Of a stretch of DNA of 14,310 nucleotides, positions 8,062-14,310 are shown piece by piece (the first letter of the stretch is position 1; each line of letters starts with the position of its first letter). This stretch comes from a virus (Duplodnaviria > Heunggongvirae > Uroviricota > Caudoviricetes), in IMG/VR virus record IMGVR_UViG_3300012663_000706; one strand, 5' to 3'. The translations under genes and the position numbers were made by a program. The notes under the pieces are model-generated. The model had not been told where the DNA came from, made no database searches, and saw nothing but the letters and a program-made list of their open reading frames with translations.

Positions 8062-8980
8062 TCAAGAACGAGTCTAAATCATCTGAACTATCAACGTTTG
8101 CTGTCTCTTCTACTTTAGCTGCTGCTTTTGGAGCTGGAGTTGTATCGAAATCGAAATCAGTTGAGGCTGATTCTTCTTTCTTCGCAGCTGGTTTGGCTTT
8201 TGGCTTAGATACAATTTCATCCATTGCAGAACCTGGATTCAAATACTGACGAAGGATTGAGTTAACAAAGTCTCTTGTTTCATCATCCCATGCTTTGTAT
8301 TCGTATGGTTCTAAAGAAGGTGCTGCATCTAATTCAGCTTTGATTTTACCCATTGTGTCAGAAGTCTTTTCGGCTGGTTCGCCATCAATAACAACTGCTG
8401 ATTTGCTAGAAGCAAATTTAGACTTATCATAGTTATTGTACTCTCCTTGACGAGTAATAATCAATTCAAAGTTTTTGCCGTTGAATAGGTCAAAAATTTG
8501 GGTTGGTTCTCCGAATGCTGGTTTCAATTCTTCATCGATTTTCTCCTTGATTTTGTAACCAAATTTAAAAATCTTGTATTGTCCTTCGAATTCAGGGTGT
8601 TGTGGATCCTTAATAATTTTAATTAAGGCGTAGTACTGCTCACGTCTTTTCAATTTGTCAGCGATCTTGCGATCAACTGCTGAATCTGATTTACGTAGCT
8701 TGAAGAATGCTTCTGCAATAGGACACTTTTCTCCAATTGAAGTAGGAGAGTCAACAAGTTTACCTTCACCGGCTGCATCTGTCAACCAATGTACGTACTT
8801 TTTAACTAGTGAATTGCGGGGATTCTTTGGGTTAGGGACAAAACGAATTAACGCTTTGTAGGTTCCATCTTTACCTTCATCGGCTGTCGGTTTATAGATG
8901 TCATTTCCTGAGGAAGTATTTTGTACTTCGTGTGTGTTTACTGCATCAACGCTAAGGTTGAAGATGTCAAATTCTGCCAT
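8045..8980 (-). CDS. T4 gp32-like single-stranded DNA-binding protein (311 aa)
   Basis: YKPTADEGKDGTYKALIRFVP, CPI, KRREQYYALIKIIKDPQHPEFEGQYKIFKFGYKI, FDLFNGKNFEL and NYDKSKF match gp32 core blocks. Acidic C-tail DSSDDLDSFLNDLDL. Confidence 0.93.
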   Translation of the reverse strand: MAEFDIFNLSVDAVNTHEVQNTSSGNDIYKPTADEGKDGTYKALIRFVPNPKNPRNSLVKKYVHWLTDAAGEGKLVDSPTSIGEKCPIAEAFFKLRKSDSAVDRKIADKLKRREQYYALIKIIKDPQHPEFEGQYKIFKFGYKIKEKIDEELKPAFGEPTQIFDLFNGKNFELIITRQGEYNNYDKSKFASSKSAVVIDGEPAEKTSDTMGKIKAELDAAPSLEPYEYKAWDDETRDFVNSILRQYLNPGSAMDEIVSKPKAKPAAKKEESASTDFDFDTTPAPKAAAKVEETANVDSSDDLDSFLNDLDL

Positions 8981-9051
8981 GTCTTTAAGTCTTTAATTTT
9001 CTTTAAATTGTTTAATTCGTAAAATCTTTAAGGGCCCTTTAAATATTTAAA
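8981..9051 (-). promoter_or_regulatory. Gene-32-type translational operator candidate: A/U-rich leader with seven UUAAA repeats
   Basis: Minus-strand TTAAA copies at plus coordinates 9046-50, 9038-42, 9027-31, 9011-15, 9002-06, 8992-96 and 8984-88. The leader ends TTAAAGAC-TTAAAGAC-ATG with no SD. It mirrors the T4 gene 32 autoregulatory leader. Confidence 0.6.
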
Positions 9052-9060
9052 CGATAAGGT

Positions 9061-9088
9061 TTATATAGAGCAACTAAATAATGTTTCA
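9061..9088 (-). promoter_or_regulatory. Candidate two-element promoter for the SSB gene: TGAAAC-N16-ATATAA
   Basis: Minus strand TGAAAC (9088-9083) and ATATAA (9066-9061) directly upstream of the UUAAA leader. A near-identical arrangement occurs on the plus strand at 9176-9204. Confidence 0.4.
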
Positions 9089-9124
9089 CATCGTCATGTA
9101 AAAAGTGTCATTTTGTTGTTCTTT

Positions 9125-9133
9125 TTATATATC
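9125..9133 (-). promoter_or_regulatory. Candidate late-type promoter box (GATATATAA)
   Basis: Same RATAWATA motif as at 4752-4762, 10551-10558 and 1959-1966, in the non-coding gap upstream of the SSB gene. Confidence 0.35.
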
Positions 9134-9234
9134 TCAAATTATTTTCACTTTATTTTAAAAATAATTAGGAAATCTTGAAACAAAAGGGGGCAGGTGTAAT
9201 ATAAGATATGGGTTTCATGGTTGAGATAAGGTTC

Positions 9235-9879
9235 TTAGAGCGTTTCCAGCGTAGAAATGTACTTAGCTAGGAAGTAAGCATCAACCAAATCATCTAAGGG
9301 TTTCGGGACGGATTTCCCAATTTCAAGTCCCTTCACGTATTCGTGGAATTCGGATTTTCCCAAGTCTTCATCATTCAAGCGATTCTCGGTAAAAACGTCC
9401 CACAAGACTCTTTTATTCATATTCCCTTTTCCAGCATGCTTCTTAATAGTTGAAGGAGCGACAGTCAGAATATTACTAATATTATCAAATGAAGAAAGTA
9501 TCTTGTATTTGAAGATTGCAGCGGCCGCAGCCATGTCAATTAGATTATTGGTTCCACCATTTGAACCATAAGAAACACCTTCAAAGGCGAAAGTACATGG
9601 TGTATCGTCTATTTTAGATTTAATAAGACCGATCATTATGTCCGCCATATTAATAAAACGATTGAGCTTTAAAAGCTCTTGACTCGAAAAGTCTTTTGAA
9701 TTCTCGTATTCGGGTTGGGTTACCAAAGTAACTCCATCAAAAGTACCGATATGAGCTTGCATAACTTGGTCAGCCTTGCTGCCAGATTTTGCTTTTAAAA
9801 AAGAAATAAAGTTAAGTTCATTGTTAAGGACAACGACGCCTGGAGAGTTTAATGAGAAATCAATTCCAATATAATTCAT
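9235..9879 (-). CDS. ruvC: RuvC-like Holliday junction resolvase (214 aa from the ATG at 9879)
   Basis: RNase H-fold acidic tetrad: YIGIDFSLNSPG, FAFEGVSYG, PLDDLVDAY; also VAPSTIKK. The ATG at 9879 (1 nt after the upstream stop) is preferred over the track's 9921 start, which overlaps the upstream gene. Confidence 0.85.
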   Translation of the reverse strand: MNYIGIDFSLNSPGVVVLNNELNFISFLKAKSGSKADQVMQAHIGTFDGVTLVTQPEYENSKDFSSQELLKLNRFINMADIMIGLIKSKIDDTPCTFAFEGVSYGSNGGTNNLIDMAAAAAIFKYKILSSFDNISNILTVAPSTIKKHAGKGNMNKRVLWDVFTENRLNDEDLGKSEFHEYVKGLEIGKSVPKPLDDLVDAYFLAKYISTLETL

Positions 9880-9880
9880 A

Positions 9881-10249
9881 TTAGATTCTTTTACCAAGAG
9901 CTGCGCCAAGAGCGGCACCAACTAATCTTGAAGTGAACATATCATACATTAATCCACTTTGGATTCCTAATACTTTACAAATAGTTTTACCAATAGTAGC
10001 ACCAAGAGCAAATCCTGCTAAACCGCCGACAATAGAACCAAGAAGACCTTCATTGGTAAGTTCCTCATTGAATCTTTCGAAATCATAAGTACCATCTTCA
10101 TTTTTATATGTGACGATAAATTCTTCTAGAGCAGTATCAACTTTAGCTTCTAATTCCGGAGTCCATTCTGAAATAAGAGATTCTGATAGAATCTGTAAAT
10201 CTTTTTCAGTAACATCTTGTTCTAATAAATATTGTTCGAATGTTTTCAT
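9881..10249 (-). CDS. 122-aa protein: capsid-targeting-like N-terminus, acidic pro-region and C-terminal glycine-zipper membrane domain
   Basis: Starts MKTFEQYLLE. Residues 1-67 are acidic; residues 68-122 are hydrophobic with G71-G75-G79-G83-G87 and G111-G115-G119 zippers. TAATG-coupled to the upstream ORF. Confidence 0.65.
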   Translation of the reverse strand: MKTFEQYLLEQDVTEKDLQILSESLISEWTPELEAKVDTALEEFIVTYKNEDGTYDFERFNEELTNEGLLGSIVGGLAGFALGATIGKTICKVLGIQSGLMYDMFTSRLVGAALGAALGKRI

Positions 10250-10545
10250 TATTTAATTGCTTTAGTTAATTGGTCTGATAATTCGTAAGGATCGATTCTG
10301 AAAGTAAATCCAGCAGCATCATGTCCAGCTTCGAACCATAAACAGGTTGCTAGCATTGGAGCCGCAGTTTGTAAAGCGTTTTCAAGTTTCTCAACAACTG
10401 AATTTTTACCATTCTTATATACTACATCTAGAGTTTTAGAATCTGGTATAAAATTAATACCAAGACCTTTTCTATCTACGATTGTATGCACTGTGAATGT
10501 TAAATCCTCAATTTTAACTTTACCTTCTGTGATTAAATCTTTCAT
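10249..10545 (-). CDS. Hypothetical protein (98 aa)
   Basis: Coding-strand ORF coupled (TAATG) to the 122-aa gene. Starts MKDLITE|G and is preceded by an AATATATA box. Confidence 0.7.
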   Translation of the reverse strand: MKDLITEGKVKIEDLTFTVHTIVDRKGLGINFIPDSKTLDVVYKNGKNSVVEKLENALQTAAPMLATCLWFEAGHDAAGFTFRIDPYELSDQLTKAIK

Positions 10546-10550
10546 ATAGT

Positions 10551-10558
10551 ATATATTA
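10551..10558 (-). promoter_or_regulatory. Candidate late-type promoter box (AATATATA region)
   Basis: Minus strand GATAATATATACTATATG in the 22-bp gap before the 98-aa ORF. It is very close to the ATG, so any transcript would be nearly leaderless. Confidence 0.3.
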
Positions 10559-10567
10559 TCTTTAAAT

Positions 10568-11119
10568 TTAGTCTATTTCTAGCGCTAAACTATATTTATT
10601 GTATTTGAAATCACAAGTGAATGTGTTAAATTCTGCGACATTTTGACTCATATTTAAATCAAGTTCTGAAATAGAATGCATTATTGGTTGATGAAATTCT
10701 GCTGAGATAACATGAATTCCTTCAGCGTCCATGATTTGCAATTTTAAATTTTCAGTAAATTCCTTTCTGTTATCTCTACTATAATAATATAGAAGGGTGT
10801 CTTGCATAATCCAATAATTTATAAATCCGTCCAATAACTGCATAGTTATGGTAAACGATCTTTCAATTGTGTTTTGGATTGGAATAGCTCCTCTATGGTA
10901 AATAGTAGTACCATCATTAGGTGATTGTGTTACTGGATCAAATGTAATTCCAGGCATATTAATACCCTGTACACTGTAATTAATAAAGTCAATTGGCTCA
11001 GTAATAATATTACCCGGCATCCTGTTCAAATATTTTTTATATTTGTCAGCGACTTCTTTAGGAACGAAATTCCTTGGGAACTTGAAATTATAGAGGTTAT
11101 TTCTACTATTTAATATCAT
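10568..11119 (-). CDS. T4 gp3/gp19-fold tail tube terminator (tail completion) protein (183 aa)
   Basis: VQGINMPGI, FTITMQLLDGFINYW, LKLQIMDAEG..VISAEFHQP..SISELD and FTCDFKYNKY align by eye with T4 gp3 blocks (QSVPIPGI, LIVRFIVDE..SW, ITLYILD..VMSINFYKPWVSDLSEVE, TATIPYTYF). Confidence 0.75.
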   Translation of the reverse strand: MILNSRNNLYNFKFPRNFVPKEVADKYKKYLNRMPGNIITEPIDFINYSVQGINMPGITFDPVTQSPNDGTTIYHRGAIPIQNTIERSFTITMQLLDGFINYWIMQDTLLYYYSRDNRKEFTENLKLQIMDAEGIHVISAEFHQPIMHSISELDLNMSQNVAEFNTFTCDFKYNKYSLALEID

Positions 11120-13191
11120 TATATGATGTTGACTTTTCCATGGTATAATAGAGAGCTTGTAGCTCCATTAACCAAATTTATATAAAACATGTCAGGATTT
11201 AAGTTAGCATCTGATTCATCAAACCTTGCAGCAGTTGCTTTAGGTATTTTGAATAGGACTTCACCAACTCCCAAATCTACATCTGGAAAAGAAGGATCAA
11301 AACTTACGCTTGACATAATTGCTCCGCTTTTAAGAATCAATTCGATATTTTGTGCATTTACCAAACTAACTGATTTTGTAGTTCCACCATCAAGTTGAGC
11401 AATTTTAAATTTAACAAAATTATCTGAAACTTTAGAAAGAGTTATTGTTGCTTCTCCTTCTCTGTAAAATTGAATATTTGCAAGTTGATTAATCGTTGCT
11501 CCATTTAATGTTATGTTGCTTGTTCCTGCTAGAATATTAGTAGTATCAATTGCAACTGAAACATATTTAGTTTCTCCAACGCTAGGTCTAATAGAATTAA
11601 CATAATTCGAAAGTCCTCTATTTGAAGTAGTATCTGCTAGAGTATTATAGATTTTATTAACTCCAGTCGTATCCATATTAATTTGCGCTAATCTCTTACC
11701 GTATTTTGCAGGATTTCTATAAAGTAGAGATGACTGTTTTACGATTTGAGTATTGTCAGTTTCATTATAGATTCTTAATATGTAATTTATAATGAAAGAT
11801 GCAGCAACGTTTGAATTCTTAATAACTGGACGGAAAATAATCGGCTGATCAAACTGTTCGGTTTGTACGAATGTTGTTTGGAAAGTTTGTTCATAACTTA
11901 ATCCAAGTTGTTCTCTAATTTCAACATCATGGAATACGGTTAAGTCATCTCCTGAAGTTGAACCTCTTGTTAAGATATAATCTTCAAATTCGTTTTGACT
12001 TCCGTCTTTTAAACCATACAATATGAAATAGTCTCCGTCTGTCGCTTCTCTAATTACACCAGTAATATCTTGGAATTCGTCTTCTTGTGGAAGAGTTATT
12101 TCAATACCATGCGAAACGTCAGCATATTCAATTCCGTCAATTGTTGAAATCTTATCAATTAATTTAAAGTTGATTCCGTAACCAGTGGTTGAATCTAAAC
12201 GGTGTACTCCTCCTGTAATTGCATCAGCAAAGAATGCATCTTGAAAATCTTGGTTCTGATTATTATCAAACATGTTGACTAATGAAGGAACCTTAATCTC
12301 TATGAATTTAGAGTAGGCAACTCCAGAAAGAACAAATGGATTTGAATTTTGAATCTCAAAATTACTTGAGTTTTTATAAACAATTGAAGTAAAATAGTTT
12401 TCAACTTCAGAAATTCTAAGGGCTTTTACTTGAAATAAGAAACCATCGTAACCTCTAGCTGCAAAACTAAATCCTGAACGTAAATGCAATCTAATAGTAT
12501 CATAAAATACTTCATTAGAAGGAATCGTTTCAGGAGTTAAACTAGCAATAGATGTACCGTCCCATGTAGCAGTATTTAAATAGTCTAAAGAATTATTTAA
12601 TAGAGCAAATCTATTAGCTGAAGTATCGTGTTGAATTGCATAATACCTTCCGATTTCTCCACTTGCAGTTTTAATGGTATTTCCAGTATCTGCTAATGGA
12701 TTTGAAAACAGGGGATTAGCCTTGTCTCTTACGATAACTCTTCCAGTAGTATAAACTTTATCTGGAGTAAGAGTTGTATCGGTGTAATTGTAAGTATAAG
12801 AACCGTTTGTGTTAGGCGTATAAGTTAAAACTCCAGCAGCGTAAGAAGTAGAACCTCCTCCAGAAACTGTAAAATTCGTAGGGTCATTTAATAGACTTAC
12901 ATCAAATTTATAAGTTTTACCATTTTGTAATTGTAATTCTCTAGAAGCAAAATCGTTAACAACGATGTAGATTCCATCAACGTCAACAGTAAAGTTTACA
13001 ACATCTCCACCCAATTCATGAATCAAATATCTAGTTTGTGTAGTGTTTCCATCTACAGTATCTAGAAATTTAATCTTGCTACCATTATCATCAACCTCGA
13101 TTGAATAATCGTTTGCATTAGACTGGTCATGATAGATGAATTCCAGTAATATGTCTTGGTCTAATCCAATAAACTTAGATGATTTTGCCAT
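11119..13191 (-). CDS. 690-aa probable virion structural protein (tail/baseplate region)
   Basis: Beta-rich Thr/Asn/Ser composition, a LQLQNGKTYKFDV segment of the kind seen in phage structural beta-sandwich domains, and TAATG coupling to the gp3-like gene. No specific family recognised. Confidence 0.55.
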   Translation of the reverse strand: MAKSSKFIGLDQDILLEFIYHDQSNANDYSIEVDDNGSKIKFLDTVDGNTTQTRYLIHELGGDVVNFTVDVDGIYIVVNDFASRELQLQNGKTYKFDVSLLNDPTNFTVSGGGSTSYAAGVLTYTPNTNGSYTYNYTDTTLTPDKVYTTGRVIVRDKANPLFSNPLADTGNTIKTASGEIGRYYAIQHDTSANRFALLNNSLDYLNTATWDGTSIASLTPETIPSNEVFYDTIRLHLRSGFSFAARGYDGFLFQVKALRISEVENYFTSIVYKNSSNFEIQNSNPFVLSGVAYSKFIEIKVPSLVNMFDNNQNQDFQDAFFADAITGGVHRLDSTTGYGINFKLIDKISTIDGIEYADVSHGIEITLPQEDEFQDITGVIREATDGDYFILYGLKDGSQNEFEDYILTRGSTSGDDLTVFHDVEIREQLGLSYEQTFQTTFVQTEQFDQPIIFRPVIKNSNVAASFIINYILRIYNETDNTQIVKQSSLLYRNPAKYGKRLAQINMDTTGVNKIYNTLADTTSNRGLSNYVNSIRPSVGETKYVSVAIDTTNILAGTSNITLNGATINQLANIQFYREGEATITLSKVSDNFVKFKIAQLDGGTTKSVSLVNAQNIELILKSGAIMSSVSFDPSFPDVDLGVGEVLFKIPKATAARFDESDANLNPDMFYINLVNGATSSLLYHGKVNII

Positions 13192-13211
13192 TTTTGTGTT
13201 TTATAATAATT

Positions 13212-14030
13212 TTAAAATCTTAGCCATTTTGGGCTATAGAATAATCCAACTCCGATATTAGGACCCAAATTGACAACTTGTCCACTAGATAATGTAAATC
13301 CATATCCTAGTCCAACTCCAATTGACCATCCACCTTTCTTTGTAGGCTTGTTCAGTTTATTATTTATCAAGTTTATATTTTCAATTTCTCCGAATGTAAT
13401 TCCAGGGTAGTCAGTTGCTATTCTAATTTGTTCAACCCCTTCTTTAGTTTTCTCGGTCATTGCATATAGTTTAATAGTTTGACTAAATGTAAAATCTCCA
13501 GGAGAAGCTCCGAATTTCTTATCAATATAAGATACTTCTACCTTACCGTTGAATTTTCTAGTATTACCTTTTCCAAAATCATCATCTTTATTAAATGTAA
13601 TAGTTGCAGTAGTATCAGTTTTCTGATCAACGTTGGCAGGATCTCCGTGAATTTTACTTAAAATATCAATCTGTGTTTTAAGTAATGAATTAGCATTCTT
13701 TAGGTTTTTAATATCTCCCATCGCTGATTTAAATTCAGCTACGGTTTTAGCATTATTCTTTTCTAGTTCAGTGTGTGTAAGTTCTAAAGTTCTTTTAGAA
13801 GCTACAATTCCACCATTTTCTTTTATAAGAACTCTAACACTATCTTGTGTTGCCAATAGATTATTCAATTGTCTATTAGCCTCAGTCTGCGCAATTGCCT
13901 TTTCATTTTTCAAGTTTGAAATAGAATTACATTGCTTCAAGAATAAAAGTATGACAATTACACCAGCAATAAAGCTAATGGTACTCCTAGTCATCTTTAA
14001 ATTTTTTAAGTATTCTAACATTTTTATCAT
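13212..14030 (-). CDS. Membrane-anchored coiled-coil protein with C-terminal beta-hairpin; Rz/spanin-like candidate (272 aa)
   Basis: N-terminal TM segment ISFIAGVIVILLFL followed by KQC, a heptad-rich middle, and a C-terminal amphipathic WSIGVGLGYG...PNIGVGLFYSPKWLRF of the type I recall from Bacteroidota phage lysis-associated proteins. Confidence 0.55.
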   Translation of the reverse strand: MIKMLEYLKNLKMTRSTISFIAGVIVILLFLKQCNSISNLKNEKAIAQTEANRQLNNLLATQDSVRVLIKENGGIVASKRTLELTHTELEKNNAKTVAEFKSAMGDIKNLKNANSLLKTQIDILSKIHGDPANVDQKTDTTATITFNKDDDFGKGNTRKFNGKVEVSYIDKKFGASPGDFTFSQTIKLYAMTEKTKEGVEQIRIATDYPGITFGEIENINLINNKLNKPTKKGGWSIGVGLGYGFTLSSGQVVNLGPNIGVGLFYSPKWLRF

Positions 14031-14040
14031 TTTTATTTAA

Positions 14041-14310
14041 TTAACTATAGCTTCCTCCGCCTCCGCCTCCGCCGCTGTAACCGGTGTATGAACAGTCTCC
14101 AGTGCCAGATGCATTATCATATTCAACTGAATTTACAGCAGTACATGACGTTGCTAATCTTGTAAGAGTTCCTGCACTATGTGAATACTGAAACAATCCA
14201 AAACATGGATCTAAAGAAGCATATCCCGACTCATACCCATTATTTGTCCAATCTATTGAAACATAATTTTGATTACCTACGTGGGCATTATCAGCAACAA
14301 CGAAACATTG
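14041..14310 (-). CDS. Partial CDS (C-terminal 89 aa) of a Gly/Ser/Cys-rich probable virion or tail-fibre-type protein
   Basis: Hand translation is open from the window edge: QCFVVADNAHVGNQNYVSIDWTNNGYESGYASLDPCFGLFQYSHSAGTLTRLATSCTAVNSVEYDNASGTGDCSYTGYSGGGGGGGSYS*. TAA at 14041-14043, 10 nt before the next ATG. Confidence 0.7.
   Translation of the reverse strand, partial: QCFVVADNAHVGNQNYVSIDWTNNGYESGYASLDPCFGLFQYSHSAGTLTRLATSCTAVNSVEYDNASGTGDCSYTGYSGGGGGGGSYS

Noticed and set aside
8981-9234. The 254-bp non-coding gap as a replication origin, tRNA or structured ncRNA; mini-ORFs MTLFT (-) and MGFMVEIRFLERFQRRNVLS (+)
   Set aside because: No cloverleaf, iterons or long stems are visible. 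The content is explained by promoter-like boxes and the SSB leader, and the mini-ORFs are too short to support.
9880-9921. Longer 228-aa start for the RuvC-like gene
   Set aside because: The extension overlaps the end of the 122-aa gene. RuvC-family proteins begin just before the GID motif, matching the ATG at 9879.
944-13661. Plus-strand ORFs from the track (944-1168, 2995-3204, 3132-3476, 4207-4902, 5599-5796, 6179-6397, 7049-7534, 7485-7748, 8655-8861, 10925-11113, 11189-11398, 13479-13661; also 13771-14040)
   Set aside because: All are antisense shadows of well-supported minus-strand genes. Their Ser/Phe/Leu/Ile-rich composition is the reverse-complement of Glu/Lys/Asp codons, and they show no motifs.
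637-14043. All 14 visible stop codons are TAA, suggesting possible TAG/TGA reassignment
   Set aside because: Genes tile the window intact in the standard code with no in-frame TAG/TGA interruptions to read through. AT bias explains much of the preference, so there is no positive evidence for recoding here.

Overview
AT-rich, densely coding segment of a large T4-superfamily-like (myovirus-type) dsDNA phage. All credible genes are on the minus strand, read in the standard code and end in TAA. In transcription order (right to left): the C-terminus of a Gly/Cys/Ser-rich virion-type protein, a spanin-like membrane protein, a 690-aa structural-type protein, a T4 gp3-like tail terminator, two small ORFs, a RuvC-like resolvase, gp32-like SSB, gp61-like primase, a 78-aa ORF, UvsY-like mediator, UvsW helicase, a 916-aa acidic modular protein, and two tandem RNA-ligase-fold proteins (the second is missing from the ORF track and runs off the left edge). 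The most interesting inferred signal is a set of head-packaged, prohead-protease-matured cargo proteins. Four ORFs start with T4 capsid-targeting-like peptides. The 916-aa protein looks like a polyprotein of small modules separated by about 13 [ILV]-x-E|[AGS]-type sites. A 122-aa ORF looks like an acidic pro-region masking a cationic glycine-zipper peptide. One ligase-fold enzyme has intact motifs and sits 1 nt upstream of a degenerate paralogue. The gp32 leader carries seven UUAAA repeats like the T4 gene 32 operator, although this gp32 has lost Zn-ligand cysteines. All family assignments come from motif recognition by eye; no searches were run.
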